DNA of 64,000 nucleotides from an uncultured Bacilli bacterium (GTDB lineage Bacteria; Bacillota_I; Bacilli_A; RF39; UBA660): NCBI GenBank assembly GCA_947629655.1, contig CANREL010000002.1, positions 157,340 to 221,339 of the forward strand, read 5' to 3'. Shown piece by piece: positions 56,940 to 64,000 of this stretch (position 1 is its first letter; each line of letters starts with the position of its first letter). The notes under the pieces were generated by a model. It saw only the letters and a program-made list of their open reading frames with translations, ran no database searches and was not told where the DNA came from. The position numbers and the translations under genes were made by a program.

Positions 56940-57489
56940 CTTGATCATCTAAAAATTCTTCAACTACTTCATCATCAATTTTTTTATTAGTATCTTCATC
57001 TAACTCTTCATCACTACCATCATCTAAGACATCCCATTCTTCTTCATCTTCATCGACAACTATTTTAACTTTAGTATTGCCAACTATTTCGATACCCAAT
57101 TCTTTTTCAATCGTATAGATTATCGTTCCATCATTAATATCAGCTTGAATGACAGTTGGCTGTTTTAAACTTCGAACAATGATTTCTTCTGGATCATCAC
57201 TATCCAATTCTTCTTTTTTGTTTAATTGAACTACTTCTTGATAAGTACTATTTTTTCTAACGACATCAGTTTTCGTATTATTATCATATGAATACCAAAC
57301 ATTTATATCATAACTACCATCAATTTTAATTTTTCCGTCTTCTTTAATTCCTTTAAAGTTGTGATTAATAACCCAACATCCTAAAATTGTTGTCGGTTTG
57401 ACATCAGGTACTATTGTACTCGTTGAAGTAAAAGTTTTCTTCCCCTTTCCAATTACTGCCTTTGTAACTATCTCTTTATAATTTGCCAT
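56929..57489 (-). CDS. cotE: Outer spore coat morphogenetic protein CotE
   Basis: 186 aa. Near-collinear with my recollection of B. subtilis CotE: YKEIVTKAVIGKGKK, ILGCWVINH, YDINVWYSYDNNTKTDVV, and an acidic C-terminal tail. A CATAAACTA element (57514-57506, minus strand) upstream of the RBS fits the sigma-K -10 pattern CATAnnnTA. Confidence 0.9.
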   Translation of the reverse strand: MANYKEIVTKAVIGKGKKTFTSTSTIVPDVKPTTILGCWVINHNFKGIKEDGKIKIDGSYDINVWYSYDNNTKTDVVRKNSTYQEVVQLNKKEELDSDDPEEIIVRSLKQPTVIQADINDGTIIYTIEKELGIEIVGNTKVKIVVDEDEEEWDVLDDGSDEELDEDTNKKIDDEVVEEFLDDQEKS

Positions 57490-57532
57490 AAAATTCCTCC
57501 TAATCTAGTTTATGCAAAATATAAATGAATAG

Positions 57533-57560
57533 TTAAAAAAAAGACTATTTTAATAGTCTT
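57533..57560 (-). terminator. Strong intrinsic terminator closing the FkbH-ACP-VOC-MBOAT-SGNH operon
   Basis: AAGACTATT..AATAGTCTT palindrome followed by an 8-nt T-run on the minus strand. Overlaps the stop codon. Confidence 0.65.
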
Positions 57561-58587
57561 CTTCATATTCTTTTAAAACTTCTTCAAAATCTTTATTACT
57601 TTCCTTTTTGAAACTAGCTTTAAAGCGTTCATATTCTTCATGCCATGATTTATAATCAGCATCTTCTTTATGATTTCTAAATTTATAAGTTTCAGCTAAA
57701 TACTTAGAAAAATATAGTGTGAATTTAGTTGAACCATAAACATTCAAATGCGCGAAGTTATAATAATCAGTCTCTGGATCTATTTTTAAGTCCTCATCTT
57801 TGGCAAAATTCATTACCTCTAATCCACTATCTTCAATAATTGAAATAGCAAAATTAATTTTTTGATTTACTTCTTCACTATAAACTCTTGGTGTTAAGAC
57901 GAATAAGACTTGTAAATTATTATCCTTGATATACTTAATCAAATCACGTAAAATCTTTTCATTTTCTTTTCCCATATCTCTTTCTTCATCTTGCCAGACA
58001 TATTTTTCTTGAGGATTAATTTGGGATGTCCAATCTACGTATAAATATCCTTTATATAGTTCTGGATTTGGTTCAAAGCTCTTAACAGTCAAATCTTTCC
58101 ATCTGTTGTGATATAACAAATGACTGAAATAAAAATTGACGTATTCTTCTTTAGGAACATTTTTCCATTCAAATATCTCTTTTAGAGCATCCATTTTATT
58201 TTTAGAAAAACGGATATTGTCAACAGTTCTTCTTATATTACTATAATCATATTCTTCCTTACCATCAGCTACTTTAGCAATATCAATGATGTATAGTGAT
58301 GGTTTTTGATATCTCTCTGCTTCCTTAATCAAATATTTTGTAAGTATAAAGGGCATCGCATCAGTTGATTGAAAAAGAGTTGCGAATCCATACTTGTGAA
58401 AAGCTAATGTCGAATTAAAACTTACATAGGCATTACTACTTCCAACATAGACGATATCGGCAGTATTTTTCTTTTCTTTGTAAAATAGCGAAATGTTATT
58501 ATCATCTAACCAAAGAACATCAAATACATTTAGGAATAAAAAGATAAATACTAATATAAAAATGATACTTTTAATAAAATTCTTCAT
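57550..58587 (-). CDS. N-terminally anchored extracytoplasmic SGNH/DltD/PatB-like acyl-transfer partner of the MBOAT
   Basis: 345 aa with a single N-terminal TM segment (IIFILVFIFLFLNVF). Has a Ser-containing block I-like IVYVGSSNAY near the anchor and a C-terminal His block YNFAHLNVYG. It lies directly downstream of the MBOAT, the same position as DltD/PatB/AlgJ partners. Confidence 0.5.
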   Translation of the reverse strand: MKNFIKSIIFILVFIFLFLNVFDVLWLDDNNISLFYKEKKNTADIVYVGSSNAYVSFNSTLAFHKYGFATLFQSTDAMPFILTKYLIKEAERYQKPSLYIIDIAKVADGKEEYDYSNIRRTVDNIRFSKNKMDALKEIFEWKNVPKEEYVNFYFSHLLYHNRWKDLTVKSFEPNPELYKGYLYVDWTSQINPQEKYVWQDEERDMGKENEKILRDLIKYIKDNNLQVLFVLTPRVYSEEVNQKINFAISIIEDSGLEVMNFAKDEDLKIDPETDYYNFAHLNVYGSTKFTLYFSKYLAETYKFRNHKEDADYKSWHEEYERFKASFKKESNKDFEEVLKEYEEDY

Positions 58588-58594
58588 ACTTTTA

Positions 58595-58602
58595 CCCCCC
58601 CC
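58595..58602 (-). repeat. G8 homopolymer tract (minus strand) between the MBOAT stop and the SGNH-like start
   Basis: Forward CCCCCCCC at 58595-58602. Minus strand reads TAGGGGGGGGTAAAAGTATG. The first G belongs to the MBOAT TAG stop, and the run also serves as the only Shine-Dalgarno-like element for the next gene. Confidence 0.9.
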
Positions 58603-60137
58603 TAAAACTGCCTATAGATGAATGATGCAGCATCATAACCGACACCATAACATCCAAATATTATTATTGCGAAAATGAGTGCATAGATAATTCCCCATCT
58701 AAAGACGATATTTTGTTTGAACAATTTCTCTCTAACATTGTAAGATCTTGATAAAGATTCAACGACGAACAACGCAACTAGAGAAACGATTAATATTCTA
58801 AAATCAAACATGTCCAACTTAGCATAGTATAAAGATGTGTTATCAAATAGAATATAAGGATTCCATACAAACATATGCTTAATGATTCGCAAAGCTTCAT
58901 AGACACTATTAGCTCTAAAGAAAATCATTGAGAAAGAGAATAGTAAAAAGGTCCTAATTCGCTGATACAAACGATAACTAAAAGTATCAGTATTTATTCC
59001 TAACTTCTTATTTATCTTGTTACTAACTGGTTCTAAAACATCTTCTAAAAAGATGAAGATAAATTGAAGTAAACCTGACCCTATTATGTAAGTATATGCA
59101 CCACCATGCCATATTCCAATTAATGTCCACATGATTAACATTGATAAATATAGTGGTATTTTCTTACCAATCTTTTTTCCAAAGATATTTTTACATTTCT
59201 TATTCAAAGACTGCATGAAATTACTCTTCAAAAGTGGATAGAAAATGTAATCTTTTAGCCATGCTCCTAGGGTTATGTGCCAATTGCGCCAAAATTCTGT
59301 AATCGTCGTTGAAAAGAAAGGTGCTTTAAAGTTCTCCGGTAACTTGATACCTAATATTTCTGAAACACCCATTATGATATCGATTGAACCCGAGAAATTC
59401 GTATATAGTTGTAAAACGAAGAAACAAGCAGCTAAAAAGATATACATTCCTTCAAGAACAACCATATGACCATAGACATGATCGACAAAATAACCAAGTC
59501 TTTGTGATATTACTAATATTTTGAATAATCCCCATAAGATGCGCACTAATCCACTGCATAAAGCATCATAACTGAACTTCTTCTTTTCACCCCTATCTAC
59601 TTGATCTTTAAAATCATCATATCTGATGAATGGACCACTAGTCAAAATGGGAAAATAAGACATGAATAGTGATAACTTCAAAATATTTTTTTCACTTTTA
59701 ATCGCTCCACGATGAACATCAATCAAGTAACTTATCATGATCAAAGACCAATAACTGATTCCTATCAATGACGTTCGATGTACTAATTCAAAACGATAAC
59801 TATTACCAAATAACATTAAGAAATGATTAAATGTCGTCAAGAACAAATTAGTGTACTTTAGATAAATCAAAAGCCCTAATATTATGATAATTCCTAATGC
59901 TAAAAATACTTTTCCTCTCTTAGTATCACGATATTTATCAACGAGTCTTCCAAAAAAGTAACTCGATAAAATAACTATTAATAATTGTAAAACAGTAAAT
60001 ACACTAAAGTTGTCATAAAACAAAAAGATGAGACTGGCAATCAATAAAATCAGCCACTGAATTTTTTTAGGAACGATGAAATATAAGAAAAAAGTAATAA
60101 TACAAAATAGTACGAACACTAATGATGTCAAAGACAT
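58602..60137 (-). CDS. MBOAT family membrane O-acyltransferase (DltB/AlgI/PatA-like)
   Basis: 511 aa, polytopic. Has the conserved His block FWRNWHITLGAWLKDYIFYPL and a second block LIGIWHGGAYTYIIGSG. Confidence 0.9.
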   Translation of the reverse strand: MSLTSLVFVLFCIITFFLYFIVPKKIQWLILLIASLIFLFYDNFSVFTVLQLLIVILSSYFFGRLVDKYRDTKRGKVFLALGIIIILGLLIYLKYTNLFLTTFNHFLMLFGNSYRFELVHRTSLIGISYWSLIMISYLIDVHRGAIKSEKNILKLSLFMSYFPILTSGPFIRYDDFKDQVDRGEKKKFSYDALCSGLVRILWGLFKILVISQRLGYFVDHVYGHMVVLEGMYIFLAACFFVLQLYTNFSGSIDIIMGVSEILGIKLPENFKAPFFSTTITEFWRNWHITLGAWLKDYIFYPLLKSNFMQSLNKKCKNIFGKKIGKKIPLYLSMLIMWTLIGIWHGGAYTYIIGSGLLQFIFIFLEDVLEPVSNKINKKLGINTDTFSYRLYQRIRTFLLFSFSMIFFRANSVYEALRIIKHMFVWNPYILFDNTSLYYAKLDMFDFRILIVSLVALFVVESLSRSYNVREKLFKQNIVFRWGIIYALIFAIIIFGCYGVGYDAASFIYRQF

Positions 60138-60138
60138 A

Positions 60139-60519
60139 TTACTCTTCCTCTACCAATTCCATCAATCCTAAATCCCATGAGAGAAAAGCAACTCTTCTAT
60201 TATCAAAAAGAATTGCCTTTCGAGCTTCTCTCACGACAAAAGCTCCATCAGCGACAAGTTTTTCAATTGTCTCATCTATATCTTTTACTGAATAACAAGT
60301 ATGGTATAAATATTGTCTCTTTTTCAAAATATTTTTAACTACTTCTCCTGTTATTAGTTCAATTCTTATACCGCCCTTTAATGTAACCATACACAAATCA
60401 GCGTCTTGTTGTTCATCATAAACTGTTTTACTAACATCTGAAACTTCAAAATATTTTTCTATTTTTTCAACCATTTTATCGATATTTTCTGTTGCGATAC
60501 CAATGTGATGAAATTTCAT
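60139..60519 (-). CDS. VOC-fold protein, methylmalonyl-CoA-epimerase-like
   Basis: 126 aa. MKFHHIGIAT ... RIELI ... LYHTCYSV ... LMELVE places H5, E54, H73 and E121 at the four metal-ligand positions typical of the epimerase/glyoxalase_4 subgroup. Only 1 nt separates its stop from the MBOAT start. Confidence 0.75.
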   Translation of the reverse strand: MKFHHIGIATENIDKMVEKIEKYFEVSDVSKTVYDEQQDADLCMVTLKGGIRIELITGEVVKNILKKRQYLYHTCYSVKDIDETIEKLVADGAFVVREARKAILFDNRRVAFLSWDLGLMELVEEE

Positions 60520-60543
60520 ATCCTCACCTACTTTACTGCAATA

Positions 60544-60789
60544 TTATTTACTAGCTCTCTCACTAATTATTTTGGCCATATCACCGACATTTTTCATAGT
60601 CGTAACTTCATTCATGTTGAACTTCATTCCAAATTCACTTTCAACTGCAACGATTAGATTGATATGTTCCAAACTGTCCCAATCCTCGATGTCATCAGAT
60701 GTCGTATTTTCATCAACAGTAATCTCTTCATCATCAAAAACATCTCTAAAAACATTATTTAATCTTTCAAAAATTTCTTCTTTTGTCAT
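60544..60789 (-). CDS. Acyl/peptidyl carrier protein (PP-binding)
   Basis: 81 aa. Phosphopantetheine site DWDSLEHINLIVAVESEFG. The start ATG overlaps the FkbH-like stop (TAATG). Confidence 0.9.
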   Translation of the reverse strand: MTKEEIFERLNNVFRDVFDDEEITVDENTTSDDIEDWDSLEHINLIVAVESEFGMKFNMNEVTTMKNVGDMAKIISERASK

Positions 60790-62567
60790 TATTCATACAC
60801 CTCTATTACATTATTTTTATTTTCATAATTAGTTATATCTAAACGATATACTTTATTTCCTTCATCATCACAAGAGATTTCTTCAAATCCTAGTGAATCA
60901 TAAAACTCTTTAACCATTTTATTCTTCAATGTTGGATAGTAATAACCATAGATGACTTTAATCTTTTTCTTCTTAGCTTTTTCAACTAATTTATCCATCA
61001 TTGCATATTCCATATTTCTCTTTAGAACACGACAACTCATTATCCATAAATCAATATGTAACTCATCTTTATTTTTAATATTACCAATTACGACACTGAT
61101 AACACCATTATCACCAAAAATATCTTCCAATTTTCCATATATTTTGATGTAGTCTTTACTCTTATTAACTTCTTCAATATCAGATAGTGAATACCTCTTC
61201 GTCGTCAAATTGAATTGATTACTCTTATTGCTAAGTTGTGATATTCTCTCCAAGTAAATAGCTTTGAAATCTGTTATTTCCGCTTTCATTTTTAAAGATA
61301 ATAAATAATCTTCATAATTATCAAATGTTGCCATCATCTGACTTCTCTTAGCATTATCTTTATAAAGCTCACTCTTCTTCAAATCTTCGCTAGAAAAGTT
61401 AGTAACTTCAAAATAACCATTGCGATCAATTATCTTAATATAGTTTTCAGGAACATCAATTTCTGGTGTTGCGATACCTTCGACATAATTTTGAACGATT
61501 GCTCTTTCAGCTGGATTGTCATCGACAAATACAAAACTATCTGCTCCCAAATTCAACTCTTCTGCAATATCTTTAATATTCATATTTTTAGGATTCCAGT
61601 TAGCTTTAATGATTATGAAATCATCCGGTTTTAGGCAACCAGCTGGATGTTCAAGTCCTGCAATCGCATTTTCATATTCATTTTTAGAGTTGACGTTCAA
61701 AATTATTCCCAAACTCTTGTGTTGTTTTAAATAGTCTTGGAACTCATAAAAGACTTGTCCTTGAGGAACTTCTGGTCCAATTGCTAAATTCTCAACTCCA
61801 TCATCACCAACAATCCCACCCCATAAAGTATTATCTAAATCTAATACAAAAGCTTTTTTATTCTTTCCATAGATAGATTTAATTATATTGGCAAGATTAA
61901 AAGATAGATACGGAATAGCTGGTACTTCCATCGCATATTTATACATGTGCCAATAGAATTGATTAGCCCATTTATCTAATCCATAACAAGCTGATACATA
62001 ATTGATATCATTGATGAAAAAACTTTTACTGTTATTAGCATAATCATAAAATTTTTGATTTAAACGCGTTATAAAATTAATTTTTCCATGGACATCTGAT
62101 GCATCTTTATTTCCTAAAAGACGATAGTAAGGATATTCAAAATTATTTTGAATTATTGTAGCATTGAACTTTTCAAATAATTTATCCCACATCTTTTCGA
62201 ATTTAGAATATTCTTGCTCTAGTAAATCATTAACTGTTTTTTCATCATCATACATCGTTGGATAATTGATAATATTGCGATTAGTCGTATGAATGTAGAT
62301 AATATCAGGATTAAAATTGTCTAACTCTTCATTACCAAACATTGCATCTTCCCAAAATTTATTGTATTCTGACTCATAAAAAATGGGCTTAATACCATAA
62401 TTCAATAAAAATAATTCCAACATATTTTTTATTTCACTAGTAGTAGAACCACCCAAAATAGCTATTTTCTTTTCTAAAAGATTAGCGTTTTCTAATAATT
62501 TCTTTTTAATTTTCTTTTTATTCTTTATCAAGTAATCCACATCGAATGGATATTCTAATTCCTTCAT
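60789..62567 (-). CDS. FkbH-like HAD-IIIC phosphatase/acyl-loading enzyme
   Basis: About 592 aa from ATG 62567, with GGAGGA 7 nt upstream. HAD motif I is FVLDLDNTLWGG, motif FVDDNPAE follows, and the C-terminal GNAT-like part carries IMSCRVLKRNME, as in the FkbH family (TIGR01686-type, from memory). Confidence 0.8.
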   Translation of the reverse strand: MKELEYPFDVDYLIKNKKKIKKKLLENANLLEKKIAILGGSTTSEIKNMLELFLLNYGIKPIFYESEYNKFWEDAMFGNEELDNFNPDIIYIHTTNRNIINYPTMYDDEKTVNDLLEQEYSKFEKMWDKLFEKFNATIIQNNFEYPYYRLLGNKDASDVHGKINFITRLNQKFYDYANNSKSFFINDINYVSACYGLDKWANQFYWHMYKYAMEVPAIPYLSFNLANIIKSIYGKNKKAFVLDLDNTLWGGIVGDDGVENLAIGPEVPQGQVFYEFQDYLKQHKSLGIILNVNSKNEYENAIAGLEHPAGCLKPDDFIIIKANWNPKNMNIKDIAEELNLGADSFVFVDDNPAERAIVQNYVEGIATPEIDVPENYIKIIDRNGYFEVTNFSSEDLKKSELYKDNAKRSQMMATFDNYEDYLLSLKMKAEITDFKAIYLERISQLSNKSNQFNLTTKRYSLSDIEEVNKSKDYIKIYGKLEDIFGDNGVISVVIGNIKNKDELHIDLWIMSCRVLKRNMEYAMMDKLVEKAKKKKIKVIYGYYYPTLKNKMVKEFYDSLGFEEISCDDEGNKVYRLDITNYENKNNVIEVYE

Positions 62568-62587
62568 CACTCATATCCTCCATATCA

Positions 62588-62616
62588 AGTGTACCATTTA
62601 TAACTTTTAATTTCAA
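62588..62616 (-). promoter_or_regulatory. Putative sigma-A promoter of the FkbH operon
   Basis: Minus strand: TTGAAA (62616-62611), a 17-nt spacer, then TACACT (62593-62588). Confidence 0.4.
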
Positions 62617-62633
62617 TGAAAAGATTGTATAAT
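62605..62633 (+). promoter_or_regulatory. Putative acpS promoter (extended -10), back-to-back with the FkbH promoter
   Basis: TGTATAAT at 62626-62633 with a weak -35 (TTTTAA, 62605-62610) that abuts the opposite promoter's -35. This placement argues for the ATG 62649 start of acpS. Confidence 0.4.
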
Positions 62634-62648
62634 TTATTTGGTGATGGT

Positions 62649-62963
62649 ATGAATATTGGCTGTGACATCGTTGAAAATGAACGATTAAAAAATAGAGATA
62701 AAAGATTTATAGACTTAGTTTTAACTGAGAGAGAACAGAAAATTTATGCTGAAAGAGGTTTTTCTTTTCTATGTGGACGCTTTGCCGCTAAAGAAGCCAT
62801 TATGAAAGCCCTTCCCCATACTAAAGAATACAACTTTTTAGATTTTGAAATTTTATCAAATCCAGATGGCAGTCCATATGTCACCAATCACACTGAAATA
62901 AAATTATCAATCTCTCATGAAAAAAATTACACCATGGCTGTCGCAATAATAAATAATAATTGA
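62649..62963 (+). CDS. acpS: Holo-[acyl-carrier-protein] synthase
   Basis: Start moved to ATG 62649 (MNIGCDIVENERL). Shows GxDIVE, RFAAKEAIMKAL and SISHEKNYTMAVAII. 104 aa. Confidence 0.85.
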   Translation: MNIGCDIVENERLKNRDKRFIDLVLTEREQKIYAERGFSFLCGRFAAKEAIMKALPHTKEYNFLDFEILSNPDGSPYVTNHTEIKLSISHEKNYTMAVAIINNN

Positions 62964-63005
62964 AAAACCAACTCTGAAATGTTAAATTAATAGTGGAGGT
63001 AAATT

Positions 63006-63551
63006 ATGAATAATGTTGAATTTATAAAAGATTGGTTCATCAAAAAGAATATCTATCTATCAAATAGTTCAAATCGTGAAGAAATATTAAATATTTTATT
63101 GTTTTATGCCATTGTCTTTGAAAAATTAGAAGATATTAATGATGATGATCAAATAGTAATTAAAGATGATGTGATTACTTATGTATCTGGTCCTGTTAAA
63201 GAAAGTCAAGATCTAATTAGATTATTGAATGTCATCAATTTTAAATATGGTTATTTAGACTATGAAGATTTAGTCCAAACTGCTGGTTATCGAATGATTA
63301 AAGAAAGTGGAATAAATGGAAGTTTGAGTGATGAAGTTATCGTCGAATATTTAGATACTATATTTGATAATGTGATGCATGAATATGAAAATTATGATTT
63401 CAATAAAGAAGTTTATAAAATTAATGGAAAAGTATTTTTTTGTGATAGTAAATTAAAAGAAGAAGAAATTGAAAAATTGTATAATTTAGAAGATGAGCAA
63501 AAATTATTTGAAGTATATCATGATGAAAAGGGAAAGATGAGGGTTTATTAA
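63006..63551 (+). CDS. Hypothetical protein, possibly a Panacea (DUF4065)-like antitoxin domain
   Basis: 181 aa with a GGAGG RBS. REEILNILLFYAIVFEKL...VIKDDVITYVSGPVKES resembles the KLxKLLYYA...W.YGPV core of Panacea/SocA-type domains. The stop overlaps the next start (TAATG). Tentative. Confidence 0.3.
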   Translation: MNNVEFIKDWFIKKNIYLSNSSNREEILNILLFYAIVFEKLEDINDDDQIVIKDDVITYVSGPVKESQDLIRLLNVINFKYGYLDYEDLVQTAGYRMIKESGINGSLSDEVIVEYLDTIFDNVMHEYENYDFNKEVYKINGKVFFCDSKLKEEEIEKLYNLEDEQKLFEVYHDEKGKMRVY

Positions 63552-64000
63552 TGAGTAAGAAAAAAGATAAAATTCAAAAGAGATCAACTTATCAACCAAA
63601 AGAGGAAGAAGAAGAAACAGTTAAAGAAAAAGTTTATCCTGCTTTTGAAATTCCTAATTTTGCTGCTCATTTAAATTTATTTTTCCCACAAGAAAATACT
63701 TACTTACAAGATCATGACAGTAGTAGTCTAGACACTGCTCAACATCCCGTTAATTTCATTTATAATAACGATAACTATGATCGCTTTCTAGGTTTTAAAA
63801 TGACTTCACACCCACCAGGAGATGAAGTATTACAAGAATTTTTTTTCGTAACGATGAAAAAAGATGAAGATGTTCACTACAACGACAGTAAAAAAATAAA
63901 AGATGTAACTTACATGCATTGTGCTCACATTGAAGAAATTGAAGGTTTCGTCTATCAAAAGTTTGATGCCAAAGCTGAAATCATCAAAGATCGTTTCAAT
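63551..64000 (+). CDS. Hypothetical protein (partial, runs off the window end), possible PemK/MazF-fold toxin
   Basis: Open frame from ATG 63551 to the window end (150 codons). After a K/E-rich N-terminus, the blocks QHPVNFIYNND...FLGFKMTSHPP...DVTYMHCAHIEEIE align by eye with MazF RPVLVIQND...AIVAAITAQ...DSVILLEQIRTID. Tentative. Confidence 0.3.
   Translation, partial: MSKKKDKIQKRSTYQPKEEEEETVKEKVYPAFEIPNFAAHLNLFFPQENTYLQDHDSSSLDTAQHPVNFIYNNDNYDRFLGFKMTSHPPGDEVLQEFFFVTMKKDEDVHYNDSKKIKDVTYMHCAHIEEIEGFVYQKFDAKAEIIKDRFN

Noticed and set aside
1-64000. CRISPR arrays, IS elements or transposases, integrases, prophage genes, rRNA/tRNA genes
   Set aside because: There are no arrays of short direct repeats with spacers, no transposase- or integrase-like ORFs, and no cloverleaf-sized conserved RNA blocks in the short intergenic regions. 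The intergenic space is almost fully accounted for by promoters, two T-box leaders and terminators.

Overview
AT-rich (by eye about 27-30% GC) chromosomal segment from an endospore-forming, low-GC Bacillota-type bacterium. It carries CotE, CotF-like, YjcZ-like and YqfQ-like genes and two T-box leaders, and about 60 of roughly 67 genes lie on the minus strand. Most of the window is compact housekeeping operons: holA, dxs, T-box-kinase-alaS, AI-2E transporter, recD2, def, mraZ-rsmH-ftsL-pbp2B, T-box-orf-thrS, dnaI plus an RNB exoribonuclease, pilC-pilD, CBS-pyrophosphatase, addB-addA, a GHL10 hydrolase, queA, ruvA/ruvB, smc, uppS-cdsA-rseP, TPM-LemA-TPM, rpsP-KH, cotE and acpS. I saw no rRNA or tRNA genes, CRISPR arrays, IS elements or prophage genes. 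Several proteins are shorter than their Bacillus counterparts (SMC, AddA, AddB, ThrRS without TGS). The strongest candidate for an undescribed system is the minus-strand operon 57550-62567: FkbH-like loader, small carrier protein, methylmalonyl-CoA-epimerase-like VOC enzyme, MBOAT, and an anchored SGNH/DltD-like protein, with acpS divergent. It reads as a Dlt-like trans-membrane acylation pathway with a glyceryl-type loader in place of DltA. Other unexplained modules: (1) an operon of one intact and two apparently degenerate calcineurin-fold phosphoesterases (16940-20003); (2) a cytoplasmic LRR protein coupled to a pseudo-transglutaminase (45048-47307); (3) an orphan HExxH protein coupled to holA; (4) a stand-alone C39-like peptidase next to a CPBP fusion protein; (5) a possible Panacea-like/PemK-like toxin-antitoxin pair at the window end. 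All product calls come from reading motifs by eye, with no database search.
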